The notes under the pieces are model-generated. The model searched no databases, was not told where the DNA came from, and was given only the letters and a program-made list of their open reading frames with translations. From an uncultured Alcanivorax sp. (GTDB lineage: Bacteria > Pseudomonadota > Gammaproteobacteria > Pseudomonadales > Alcanivoracaceae), in contig CAZKWA010000004.1 in assembly GCA_964556345.1 (NCBI GenBank), positions 3,488-67,487 of the forward strand: 64,000 nucleotides of DNA, written 5' to 3'. Shown one piece after another: positions 19,780-28,449 of this stretch (position 1 is its first letter; each line of letters starts with the position of its first letter). The position numbers and the translations under genes were made by a program.

Positions 19780-21390
19780 TCACATCCGGAAGACGCCATA
19801 GCGCGTGTCTTCGATCGGTGCATTAAGGCTGGCGGAAATCGCCAGGCCCAGCACGTCGCGAGTGTCCGCCGGGTCGATGACGCCGTCGTCCCACAGGCGG
19901 GCGCTGGCGTACCAGGGCTGCGCCATGGTTTCGTACTGGGCGGTCATGTCGTCCTGAAAACGGCGGGCGTCGTCGTCGCTCCAGTGTTCGCCTTTCTTCT
20001 TGAGCGAGGCGGCTTTCACCTGGGTCAGCACGCTGGCGGCCTGTTCGCCGCCCATCACCGAGATGCGCGCGTTGGGCCACATGAACATAAAGCGCGGGTC
20101 GTAGGCGCGCCCGCACATGCCGTAGTTGCCGGCGCCGAAGCTGCCGCCGGTGATCACGGTGAACTTGGGCACGCTGGCGCAGGCCACCGCGTTGACCATC
20201 TTGGCGCCGTGCTTGGCGATGCCTTCCGCTTCGTATTTCTTGCCCACCATGAAGCCGGTGATGTTCTGCAGGAACAGCAGCGGAATCTTGCGCTGGTTGC
20301 ACAGCTCCACGAAATGGGCGCCCTTGAGCGCCGATTCGGAGTAGAGCACGCCGTCGTTGGCGAGGATGCCCACCGGGAAGCCGTGGATACGGGCGAAGCC
20401 GGTGACCAGGGTGGTGCCGTAGTTGGCCTTGAATTCGTCCAGGTCGGAATCGTCGACGATGCGCGCGATCAGCTCCCGCGCCGGCATCGGCGAGCGGGTG
20501 GTGGGCGGAATCAGGCCGTACAGCTCGTCCGGCTCATAGGCCGGCGGCCGTGCCTCTCGCACGTCCAGTTGCTCCGGTTTGTGCCAGTTGAGCCGGTCGA
20601 TGCAGCGGCGCGCCAGATCCAGCGCCTGGGGTTCGTCGTCGGCCAGGTGGTCCGCCACCCCGGACTGTTCGCCGTGCAGGGCGGCGCCGCCCAGTTCCTC
20701 GGCGCTGACCACTTCACCGGTGGCGGCTTTCACCAGCGGCGGGCCGGCCAGGAACACGGTGGAGTGGTTGCGCACCATGATCACTTCGTCGGCCATGGCC
20801 GGCACATAGGCGCCGCCGGCGGTGCAGGAGCCCAGCACCACGCTGATTTGAGGGATACCCCGCGCGGACATATTGGCCATGTTGAAGAAGATGCGCCCGA
20901 AATGGTCCCGGTCCGGGAATACCTCGTCCTGGCGCGGCAGGTTGGCGCCGCCGGAGTCCACCAGGTAAATGCAGGGCAGCCGGTTCTCGGCGGCCACCGC
21001 CTGGCAGCGCAGGTGTTTTTTCACGGTCAGCGGGTAGTAGCTGCCACCTTTCACGGTGGGGTCGTTGGCGACGATCATGCACTCCACGCCGGCCACCCGG
21101 CCAATGCCGCCCACGCAGCCGGCGGCGGGCACCTCCTCGCCGGGGTAAACGCCGTCGGCGGCCAGCGCCGACAGCTCCAGGAAGGGGGAACCCGGGTCCA
21201 GCAGGTGCTGGATGCGTTCGCGCACCGGCAGCTTGCCCTTGTCGCGCAGGCGCGCTTCCGCGGCCTCGCCGCCGCCGTGGGCGATACGGTCGAGTTTTTC
21301 CCGCAGGGTTTCGCGCAGTGCCAGGTTGTGCTCGCGGTACTGGCTGTATTCGGGGGCGCTTTTGTTCAGTTGGCTGATGATTCTGGGCAT
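19780..21390 (-). CDS. liuB: 3-methylcrotonyl-CoA carboxylase beta (carboxyltransferase) subunit
   Basis: 536 aa carboxyltransferase, positioned between the isovaleryl-CoA dehydrogenase and hydratase genes. Confidence 0.9.
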   Translation of the reverse strand: MPRIISQLNKSAPEYSQYREHNLALRETLREKLDRIAHGGGEAAEARLRDKGKLPVRERIQHLLDPGSPFLELSALAADGVYPGEEVPAAGCVGGIGRVAGVECMIVANDPTVKGGSYYPLTVKKHLRCQAVAAENRLPCIYLVDSGGANLPRQDEVFPDRDHFGRIFFNMANMSARGIPQISVVLGSCTAGGAYVPAMADEVIMVRNHSTVFLAGPPLVKAATGEVVSAEELGGAALHGEQSGVADHLADDEPQALDLARRCIDRLNWHKPEQLDVREARPPAYEPDELYGLIPPTTRSPMPARELIARIVDDSDLDEFKANYGTTLVTGFARIHGFPVGILANDGVLYSESALKGAHFVELCNQRKIPLLFLQNITGFMVGKKYEAEGIAKHGAKMVNAVACASVPKFTVITGGSFGAGNYGMCGRAYDPRFMFMWPNARISVMGGEQAASVLTQVKAASLKKKGEHWSDDDARRFQDDMTAQYETMAQPWYASARLWDDGVIDPADTRDVLGLAISASLNAPIEDTRYGVFRM

Positions 21391-21393
21391 GGC

Positions 21394-22557
21394 TCAGGCA
21401 GTCTCGTTGAACAGTTCGCGGCCGATCAGCATGCGGCGGATCTCGCTGGTGCCGGCGCCGATCTCATAGAGCTTGGCGTCGCGCAGCAGGCGGCCGGTGG
21501 GGTATTCGTTGATGTAGCCGTTGCCGCCCAGGCACTGGATCGCGTCCAGGGCCATTTGCGTGGCGTTCTCGGCGCAGTACAGGATGGCGCCGGCGGCGTC
21601 CTTGCGGCTGCTGTGGCCGGCGTCGCAGTTGCGCGCCACCTGGTAGAGGTAGGCGCGGCTGGCGTTGAGGGTGACGTACATGTCGGCGAGCTTGCCCTGC
21701 ATCAGCTGGAACTCGCCGATCGCCTGGCCGAACTGCTTGCGCTCGTGCACATAGGGCAGCACCACGTCCAGACAGGCCTGCATGATGCCGGTGGCGCCGC
21801 CGGACAGCACCGTGCGTTCGTAGTCCAGGCCGCTCATCAAAACGCGCACGCCCTGATTGAGTTCGCCGAGGATGTTTTCTTCCGGCACTTCGCAGTTTTC
21901 GAACACCAGTTCGCAGGTGTTGGAGCCGCGCATGCCCAGCTTGTCCAGCTTCTGGGCGCGGGAAAAGCCGGGGAAATCGCGTTCGACGATAAAGGCGGTG
22001 ATGCCGCGCGGGCCGGCGTCCGGTTCGGTCTTGGCGTAGATCACATAGGTGTGGGCGTCGGGGCCGTTGGTGATCCACATCTTGTTGCCGTTGAGGACAT
22101 AGCGGTCGCCTTTCTTGTCGGCGCGCAGGCTCATGCCGACCACGTCGGAGCCGGCGCCGGGTTCGCTCATGGCGAGCGCGCCGATGTGCTCGCCGCTGAC
22201 CAGCTTGGGCAGGTATTTGTGGCGCTGGGCGTCGTTGCCGTTGAGCCAGATCTGGTTCACGCACAGATTGGAGTGGGCGCCGTAGGAGAGACCAATGGAG
22301 GCGGAGGCGCGGGAGATTTCTTCCATCACCAGGGTATGGGCCAGATAGCCGAGCCCGGCGCCGCCGTATTCCTCGCCCACGGTAATGCCCAGCACGCCCA
22401 GATCACCGAGTTTCTTCCACAGCTCGTTGGGGAACAGGTTGTCCTGGTCCACGCGCGCCGCGATCGGTGCGATCTCTTTGCGGGCGAAGGCCCGGGCGCT
22501 GTCTTGCAGCGCGGTGAGGGTCTCGTCGAACTGAAAATCCAGGCCGCCGTTAAACAT
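21394..22557 (-). CDS. liuA: isovaleryl-CoA dehydrogenase
   Basis: 387 aa ACAD with MSEPGAGSD and C-terminal [19 protein letters not shown]. First enzyme gene after liuR. Confidence 0.9.
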   Translation of the reverse strand: MFNGGLDFQFDETLTALQDSARAFARKEIAPIAARVDQDNLFPNELWKKLGDLGVLGITVGEEYGGAGLGYLAHTLVMEEISRASASIGLSYGAHSNLCVNQIWLNGNDAQRHKYLPKLVSGEHIGALAMSEPGAGSDVVGMSLRADKKGDRYVLNGNKMWITNGPDAHTYVIYAKTEPDAGPRGITAFIVERDFPGFSRAQKLDKLGMRGSNTCELVFENCEVPEENILGELNQGVRVLMSGLDYERTVLSGGATGIMQACLDVVLPYVHERKQFGQAIGEFQLMQGKLADMYVTLNASRAYLYQVARNCDAGHSSRKDAAGAILYCAENATQMALDAIQCLGGNGYINEYPTGRLLRDAKLYEIGAGTSEIRRMLIGRELFNETA

Positions 22558-22954
22558 CGCTACTCTCCTTACTCTCCAATTCCTTCAGCGCCTGTTTGGC
22601 GCGTTCTTCGGCCGCGTCCAGGTCCTGTTGCATGATCTGGATGTCGATCTGTTGTTGTTGCAGCTGGGCGCGCTTCTCGTGGATCTTTTCAAGCAGGGCG
22701 CCGAGCTGCTGGCGGTTGTCGCCGGTGGGCTGGTACAAACGGATCAGGTCGCCGGATTCCGCCAGGGAAAAGCCCAGGCGCTTGCCGCGCAGAATCAGTT
22801 TCAGGGCGACCCGGTCCGCCGGGGAATAGATGCGCGTCTGGCCGCGCCGGCGGGGCGTGAGCAGGCCCTGGTCCTCGTAAAAACGGATGGTGCGCGTGGT
22901 CACGTCGAATTCCCGGGCCAGCTCGCCGATGCCGTAGCTTTGCTTGAGTGTCAT
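22550..22954 (-). CDS. liuR: MerR-family regulator of leucine/isovalerate utilisation (LiuR-type)
   Basis: 134 aa. [29 protein letters not shown]. Overlaps liuA by 8 nt. A palindromic operator lies upstream. Confidence 0.8.
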   Translation of the reverse strand: MTLKQSYGIGELAREFDVTTRTIRFYEDQGLLTPRRRGQTRIYSPADRVALKLILRGKRLGFSLAESGDLIRLYQPTGDNRQQLGALLEKIHEKRAQLQQQQIDIQIMQQDLDAAEERAKQALKELESKESSDV

Positions 22955-22975
22955 GGCGCAAAAGAGTAGGGGAAG

Positions 22976-22991
22976 TTTACGTTAACGTAAA
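22976..22991. promoter_or_regulatory. perfect 16-bp palindrome, candidate LiuR (MerR-type) operator
   Basis: TTTACGTTAACGTAAA lies 22 nt upstream of the liuR start, within a possible -35 TTTACG / -10 TACTCT promoter on the minus strand. Confidence 0.6.
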
Positions 22992-23011
22992 GCGCCGGAC
23001 GTGCGGCGTCC

Positions 23012-25294
23012 ATGACTAGCCTGCCCGGTTGGACGGTGTTACCTTTAGCGCCTTCTTCGTCCGAGGATGGTGGACGGGTGATTTACCGAAAAGATCGCAA
23101 GGTTCTGAAACGAGTTGATTACGGGGCCGCCAAAAACTCCCTGATGGGGGTGTTGGCGGCCCTTGTGGTTTATGCGCTGGTGACCGCCTGGGGTGGTGTC
23201 TACCGGGCTTTCGAGCTGGAGACGCTGATCGCCGGCGGCGCCGTGGTGGTGGTCACCGCCTATCGGCTGTGGCTGGTGGCGCGCTTCGACGCCCTGTACG
23301 GCGCCGGCCCGGCGCGCTGGCGCCGCCTGTTCGCGCTCGGCCTGATTCTGCATGCGGTGGTCTGGGGGGTGTTGCCCGCCTGGCTGGTGTGGCGCGTGGG
23401 CACCGGTTTCAACGTTTTTGTCGTGATCCTCTATAACGTCGGCGTCACCACCGCCCTGGGCAGTTCCTGGATGGCCGGTTTGCGGGTGCGTCAGGTCTAC
23501 ATCCTGCTGATGTTCCTGCCGTTGATCGCCACCTTGTTTTTCTCCGCCGGCCTGCAGGAATGGTTGCTGGGCCTGCTGGTGGCCGCTTATACCTTTTATC
23601 TGTTCCGCCTTTACCGGGGCCAGTACGAACTGTTCTGGCACGCGGTCACCCGTGAGCGGCGCGGCACCCACGAGCGGCGCCGGGACCTGCCCGCCAACAC
23701 CGATATCCAACTGAGCCTGGTGTACCGCCTGGCCCATGAGTTGCGCACGCCGATGAATTCAGTGATGGGCATGATGTCGTTGCTGGAAGACACCCGTCTC
23801 AGCGACGAGCAGCAGGAATACCTGCAGGTGGCCGGGCAGAGCGGCAAGCTGATGATCAGCCTGATCGACGACGTGCTGGATTATTCGCGGATTCTCACCG
23901 GCCGCATCACCCTGAGCCCGGATTATTTCGACCTGCGCGGGGCCCTCGAGCAGACCCTGGAAGCCTTCGGGCCGATGGCCCAGTCCAAGAACCTGGAGCT
24001 GTCCGCGGTGGTGGACCGCATGTTGCCCAAGCGGGTGCGCGGCGACCGTGACCGCTTGTTGCAGGTGCTCACCAATCTGCTCAGCAACGCCATCAAGTTC
24101 AGCAGCCAGGGTGAAATCCGCGTGGACGTGGACTTCACCAGCGAGGGCGAGAACGACGGTGTGCTGCGGGTGCGGGTCAGTGACCAGGGCCAGGGCATGG
24201 ACACCGATACCCTCAAGCATCTGTTCGAGGATCAGTTCCTGGCCGGCGCCCAGGATGCGTTCAGCGCCCGCCACGCCGGTTTCGGGCTGCTGGTCTGCAA
24301 GGGCCTGATCGAGGCCATGGGCGGCATGATCGGCGCGGAGAGCACCCCCGGTGAAGGTTCCACCTTCTGGTTCACGGTGCGCCTGGGCATGCAGGCGGAC
24401 ATGAGCGAAAGCACCAAGCTGGCCGGCGCCGTGGGCCAGGTGCAGGGCCTGGCGGTGGGCGCCAGCCCCGGGGGGCTGGCCTGCCTGCAGGAGGAGTTCG
24501 AGGCCCTGGGCAGTTACTGTCAGGGCGCCCGCGACTACGACCAGGCGTTGCAGGCGGTGCGCGCCGGCCACCGCGAGCACAGCGAATTCGAACTGTTGCT
24601 GGTGGACACCCATGGCCGCCGGGAGTCGGCGCTGAATCTGTGCCGCACGGTGCTTGAAGACCCGGGCCTGCGGCCCATGAAACTGATGTTGATATGCGCC
24701 ATCGAGGAGCGTGGCGAGCCGGCGGTGCAGCGGCTGGTGGACAAGCACGGTCTGGTGACGCTGGTGCGGCCGGTGCATCGCTCCGGGCTGCGCGTGGCGC
24801 TGGGTAAGCTGCTGGGCGTGCCGCGCCAGATGCCGGTGCAGGATCTGCCCACGGAAACCCCGGAGGAGCGCCAGCGCCGCAAGCTCTACCGGCTGTTGCT
24901 GGTGGAAGACAACGAAGTGAATCAGCTGGTGACCCGCGGCATGTTGGGCAAGCTGGGTTATCAGGTGAAAACCGTGAGCAATGCGGAAACCGCGCTGGCG
25001 TTGTTGGAGCAGGAATCCTTCGATCTGATCCTGATGGACTGCATGATGCCGGAACTGGACGGCTTCACCGCCACCCGTTCCCTGCGCGAAAGAGAGCAGA
25101 CCGGGGAGCGCGCGCGCACCCCGGTGATCGCCATCACCGCCAACACCGCCGAAGGCGTGCAGGCCCGTTGCCTGGCCGCCGGCATGGATGACTTTCTCGC
25201 CAAACCCGTGCATCTTCAGGAGCTGGAAACCGTGCTGCGGCGCTGGTTGCCCCGCGACGCGGACGCCGATGGGGAAGGTAACGACGACGAATGA
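23012..25294 (+). CDS. hybrid sensor histidine kinase / response regulator
   Basis: 760 aa. N-terminal multi-TM region, H-box HELRTPMNSVMGM, HATPase domain, a degenerate receiver-like segment, then a C-terminal REC (LLVEDNEVNQ...DLILMDCMMPELDG...AKP). Confidence 0.9.
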   Translation: MTSLPGWTVLPLAPSSSEDGGRVIYRKDRKVLKRVDYGAAKNSLMGVLAALVVYALVTAWGGVYRAFELETLIAGGAVVVVTAYRLWLVARFDALYGAGPARWRRLFALGLILHAVVWGVLPAWLVWRVGTGFNVFVVILYNVGVTTALGSSWMAGLRVRQVYILLMFLPLIATLFFSAGLQEWLLGLLVAAYTFYLFRLYRGQYELFWHAVTRERRGTHERRRDLPANTDIQLSLVYRLAHELRTPMNSVMGMMSLLEDTRLSDEQQEYLQVAGQSGKLMISLIDDVLDYSRILTGRITLSPDYFDLRGALEQTLEAFGPMAQSKNLELSAVVDRMLPKRVRGDRDRLLQVLTNLLSNAIKFSSQGEIRVDVDFTSEGENDGVLRVRVSDQGQGMDTDTLKHLFEDQFLAGAQDAFSARHAGFGLLVCKGLIEAMGGMIGAESTPGEGSTFWFTVRLGMQADMSESTKLAGAVGQVQGLAVGASPGGLACLQEEFEALGSYCQGARDYDQALQAVRAGHREHSEFELLLVDTHGRRESALNLCRTVLEDPGLRPMKLMLICAIEERGEPAVQRLVDKHGLVTLVRPVHRSGLRVALGKLLGVPRQMPVQDLPTETPEERQRRKLYRLLLVEDNEVNQLVTRGMLGKLGYQVKTVSNAETALALLEQESFDLILMDCMMPELDGFTATRSLREREQTGERARTPVIAITANTAEGVQARCLAAGMDDFLAKPVHLQELETVLRRWLPRDADADGEGNDDE

Positions 25295-25314
25295 CAATAA
25301 ACGAGGGTACTACC

Positions 25315-26010
25315 ATGAGCCGACGGGCCCTGCTGTTGGGCGCCACCGGTCTGGTTGGCGGACATTGCTTGCGTCTGCTGCTGGACTGCGACGCCTACCA
25401 GGAAGTGCGGGTGCTGACGCGCCGGCCACTGGGGGTCAGCCACCCGAAACTGATCGAGAAGGTGGTCGATCCGGCGCAATTTGAACGGGAAGCCGAGTTC
25501 TTCAATGTCGACGATGTGTTTTGCGCCCTGGGCACCACGCTCAAGCAGGCCGGCTCCAAGGAAGCGTTCCGCGAGGTGGACCTGGGCCTGGTGACCACCA
25601 TGGGCCGCATGGCGCGGGACGCCGGCGTGCAGCGCTTTTTGCTGGTGTCGGCGGTGAACGCCAACGCCCACTCGCCGTTTTTCTATGCGCGCACCAAGGG
25701 CCAGGCGGAGCGCGAATTGAAAGCGCTCAAGCTGCCGCTGCTGGCGCTGTTCCAGCCCTCGCTGCTGCTCGGCGAACGGGAGCGGCCGCGCCCGGTGGAA
25801 GCCTTCGGGATCCGTTTTTCGAAGATCATCGACCCGATCACCCGCTGGACCGACGCCCACTGGCTTCCGGTGAGCGGCGAACGGGTCGCCGAAGCCCTGG
25901 TGGGGATGGCGCTGGAAGGTCCGGCCACGGGGGTGTACCGGGTGCGCTTCCGCGATTTCGTGGTGTACGCCGGCAAGTTTCGTGAAAAATACCCCCAGCT
26001 TGCGTCTTAA
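25315..26010 (+). CDS. NAD(P)H-binding atypical SDR-like oxidoreductase
   Basis: ALLLGATGLVGGHCLRLLL Rossmann motif. ATG 25315 chosen within track ORF 25291..26010. Confidence 0.7.
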   Translation: MSRRALLLGATGLVGGHCLRLLLDCDAYQEVRVLTRRPLGVSHPKLIEKVVDPAQFEREAEFFNVDDVFCALGTTLKQAGSKEAFREVDLGLVTTMGRMARDAGVQRFLLVSAVNANAHSPFFYARTKGQAERELKALKLPLLALFQPSLLLGERERPRPVEAFGIRFSKIIDPITRWTDAHWLPVSGERVAEALVGMALEGPATGVYRVRFRDFVVYAGKFREKYPQLAS

Positions 26011-26025
26011 GTAGAAGGAGAGAAC

Positions 26026-26508
26026 ATGAGTTTCGTCACCTGTGATTTGTGCGATGACAACGCGGACCTGGTGTCCGTGGTCACCGGGCTTAACTGGTTC
26101 AGCTACGGGGGGCGTCGCGCCTTCGGCGGTGAGATCGTCACGGTGAAGTGTTTCGAGGACAATTCCCGCGTCAAGGCACACCTGGGCACCGACGGCAAAG
26201 GCAAGGTGCTGGTGGTCGACGGCGGCGGCAGCCTGCGCAACGCCCTGATCGGCGATATGATCGCCGAGAACGCGGTCAAGAACGGCTGGGAAGGCGTGAT
26301 CATCCACGGCGCCTGCCGTGATGTGGACGAGCTGGCGAAGCTGGATATCGGCGTGCTTTCGCTGGGCTGTGTGCCGATCAAATCGGTGCGCCGGGATGAA
26401 GGCCAGCTGAACATCGAAATCACCTTCGGCGGCGTCACCTTCCGCCCCGGCGACTACGTCTACGCCGACAATAATGGTGTCATCACCGCGCCCAAGCCGC
26501 TGCTTTGA
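26026..26508 (+). CDS. rraA: RraA, regulator of ribonuclease E activity
   Basis: 160 aa. [12 protein letters not shown]...[15 protein letters not shown]...[17 protein letters not shown] is the RraA family signature. Confidence 0.9.
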   Translation: MSFVTCDLCDDNADLVSVVTGLNWFSYGGRRAFGGEIVTVKCFEDNSRVKAHLGTDGKGKVLVVDGGGSLRNALIGDMIAENAVKNGWEGVIIHGACRDVDELAKLDIGVLSLGCVPIKSVRRDEGQLNIEITFGGVTFRPGDYVYADNNGVITAPKPLL

Positions 26509-26653
26509 GAAGCGGCGGGCGGGTTTTGCGAAAATTTATACTTTATTGACGCTTTACCCCGTCCGTCTGGTTGTCACCCGGTTAACATCTGTTTGATGAT
26601 AGCGGCGTCGAGCCAGACGGTGCTCGGCACCATCAAGCAACGGGGTTGTGTAC

Positions 26654-28195
26654 ATGGAGCGTTTTCGGTGGTGGCCGGTGCTGTGGCTGGCCCTGGCGGG
26701 CTTGCCGCTTTCGGCGTCGGGTTTCGCTTTCCAGGATGTGATCGACAAGGCACGGGCTCTGGCCGACGAGTCCTACCAGGCACCGGCACCGATTCCCGCT
26801 TTTCTGCGCGAACTCACCTACGAGCAATACCAGGGCATTCGCTTCAAACCGGAGAACAGCCTCTGGATGAAGAGCAACGCCCGCTTTCAGGTGATGCTGA
26901 TGTCACCGGGCCTGTATTTCAAACACCCGGTGGTGCTTCACGAGGTGGACGCCGAGGGCGTCCACCCGATTCCCTTCAACAAGAACGACTACACCTACAC
27001 CAACGAAGAGCTGGCCAAGCGGATACCCGCGGATCTCGGCCATGGCGGCTTCAAACTGACCTATCCGCTGCAGGGGCCGGACAGCCGCAACCAGTTTCTG
27101 GTGTTCGCCGGCGCCAGCTACTTCCGCGCGGTGGGGCGCGACAACAGCTTCGGCCTGTCCGCCCGTGGCGTGGCGGTGGACACCGGCCTGCCGTCCGGCG
27201 AGCAGTTCCCCTCGTTCACCGAATTCTGGCTGGTACGCCCGGACGCCAAGGCGGACCGGATGACCGTTTACGCGCTGCTGGACGGGCGCAGCCTGACCGG
27301 CGCCTACCGCTTCGACGTGCGCACCGGCGACAATACCGTGATGGACGTGCAGGCGCGTCTGTTCATCCGTGACGACATCGAGAAGCTGGGTATCGCGCCG
27401 CTCACCAGCATGTTCTTTTACGGCGGCAACACCGCCCGCCCGCGCGGCGAATGGCGGCCCCGGGTGCACGACTCCGGGGGCCTGCTGGTTCATAACGGGG
27501 TCAGTGGTGAATGGCTGTGGCGCCCGCTGCTTAACCCGAAAAGTCTGAAGCTCGATTATTTCCAGACCGAATCAGTGCAAGGTTTCGGCCTGATGCAGCG
27601 CCAGACCGACTTCGAGGATTTCCAGGATTACGGCGCCAACTACCACCGCCGGCCGAGCGCCTGGGTGCGGCCCAAGAGCGACTGGGGCAAGGGCAGGGTG
27701 GTGCTGGTGCAGCTGCCCACCAACAATGAGACCAACGACAACATCGTGACGTTCTGGACGCCGGACGAACCGGTGCGCGAAGGCCAGGCGCTGTCGTTCG
27801 ATTATTCCCTCACGGTGGGCGGCCCCTCGGTGAGCGGCGGCGACCGGGCACGTGCCGAGAGAACCTTCGTCGGGGACGGCAACCGTGTCGGCGGTGGCAC
27901 CGTGGACGGGGCCTACCGGGTGATTGTCGATTTCGCCGGCGGTCCTTTGCAGGGCCTGCCCGCGGACGCCCCGGTGACCAGCACCGTGACCGCCGGCGGC
28001 GACGCCGAGGTGATCGAGCATTTCGTCGAATTCCTCAGCCCGGTCAACCGCTGGCGGCTGTCGATACTGGCGAAGCCGGCCCAGGGGCAGCCGCTGTCGT
28101 TGCGCGCTTTCCTGAAAAAGGAGGAAGAAGCGGTGTCGGAAACCTGGTCGTATGACATTCCCGCCGACAACGATATTCTCGGCGAGGCCCCCTGA
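26654..28195 (+). CDS. opgG: periplasmic glucan biosynthesis protein OpgG (MdoG)
   Basis: Sec signal peptide MERFRWWPVLWLALAGLPLSASG and MdoG-family length and sequence. Upstream of opgH. Alternative GTG start at 26648. Confidence 0.9.
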   Translation: MERFRWWPVLWLALAGLPLSASGFAFQDVIDKARALADESYQAPAPIPAFLRELTYEQYQGIRFKPENSLWMKSNARFQVMLMSPGLYFKHPVVLHEVDAEGVHPIPFNKNDYTYTNEELAKRIPADLGHGGFKLTYPLQGPDSRNQFLVFAGASYFRAVGRDNSFGLSARGVAVDTGLPSGEQFPSFTEFWLVRPDAKADRMTVYALLDGRSLTGAYRFDVRTGDNTVMDVQARLFIRDDIEKLGIAPLTSMFFYGGNTARPRGEWRPRVHDSGGLLVHNGVSGEWLWRPLLNPKSLKLDYFQTESVQGFGLMQRQTDFEDFQDYGANYHRRPSAWVRPKSDWGKGRVVLVQLPTNNETNDNIVTFWTPDEPVREGQALSFDYSLTVGGPSVSGGDRARAERTFVGDGNRVGGGTVDGAYRVIVDFAGGPLQGLPADAPVTSTVTAGGDAEVIEHFVEFLSPVNRWRLSILAKPAQGQPLSLRAFLKKEEEAVSETWSYDIPADNDILGEAP

Positions 28196-28449
28196 TGCCG
28201 TACCGGGCGGTGGAAGAGACCCTGACACGGGTGCTGACGTATTTGCGGCTGGCCGGTGTCGCGGTGACCCCGGATGTGGCCCGGCGGGCCCTGCGCCTGG
28301 TGGACGACGCCCTGGAAGAGGGGGATCAGCAATTGCTGGCCCGGGTGATGGAGCGGCTGCCGGCGACCTTTCCACTACCGGAAGACGCGTTGCCGCCCCA
28401 GACGCCGCTGGTGCACCACGCCAGTGTTCGTTACGCGGATTCCTTATGA
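28195..28449 (+). CDS. 84-aa protein of unknown function, translationally coupled between opgG and opgH
   Basis: Its ATG overlaps the opgG stop (TGATG) and its stop overlaps the opgH start (ATGA). Strong G/C third-position bias in this frame. No family recognised. Confidence 0.55.
   Translation: MPYRAVEETLTRVLTYLRLAGVAVTPDVARRALRLVDDALEEGDQQLLARVMERLPATFPLPEDALPPQTPLVHHASVRYADSL

Noticed and set aside
19768-22635. 955-aa plus-strand ORF spanning liuB and liuA antisense. Comparable shadow ORFs lie opposite aacS/liuD (15097..17211, 17013..18965), the kinase (23759..25297), opgH (28845..30602), the esterase (35365..36864), GMC (41230..42729) and the ACADs (45274..46521, 46217..47170).
   Set aside because: Same reasoning as above: the composition is typical of antisense translation of GC3-rich genes, there are no recognisable domains, and the opposite strand encodes well-supported enzymes.
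28152-28445. N-terminal extension of opgH suggested by the 799-aa track ORF.
   Set aside because: The extension overlaps the opgG 3' end and is Pro/Gly/Arg-rich with no resemblance to known OpgH N-domains. ATG 28446 begins the region that aligns with OpgH homologs. The 28195..28449 frame shows the coding-type codon bias instead.
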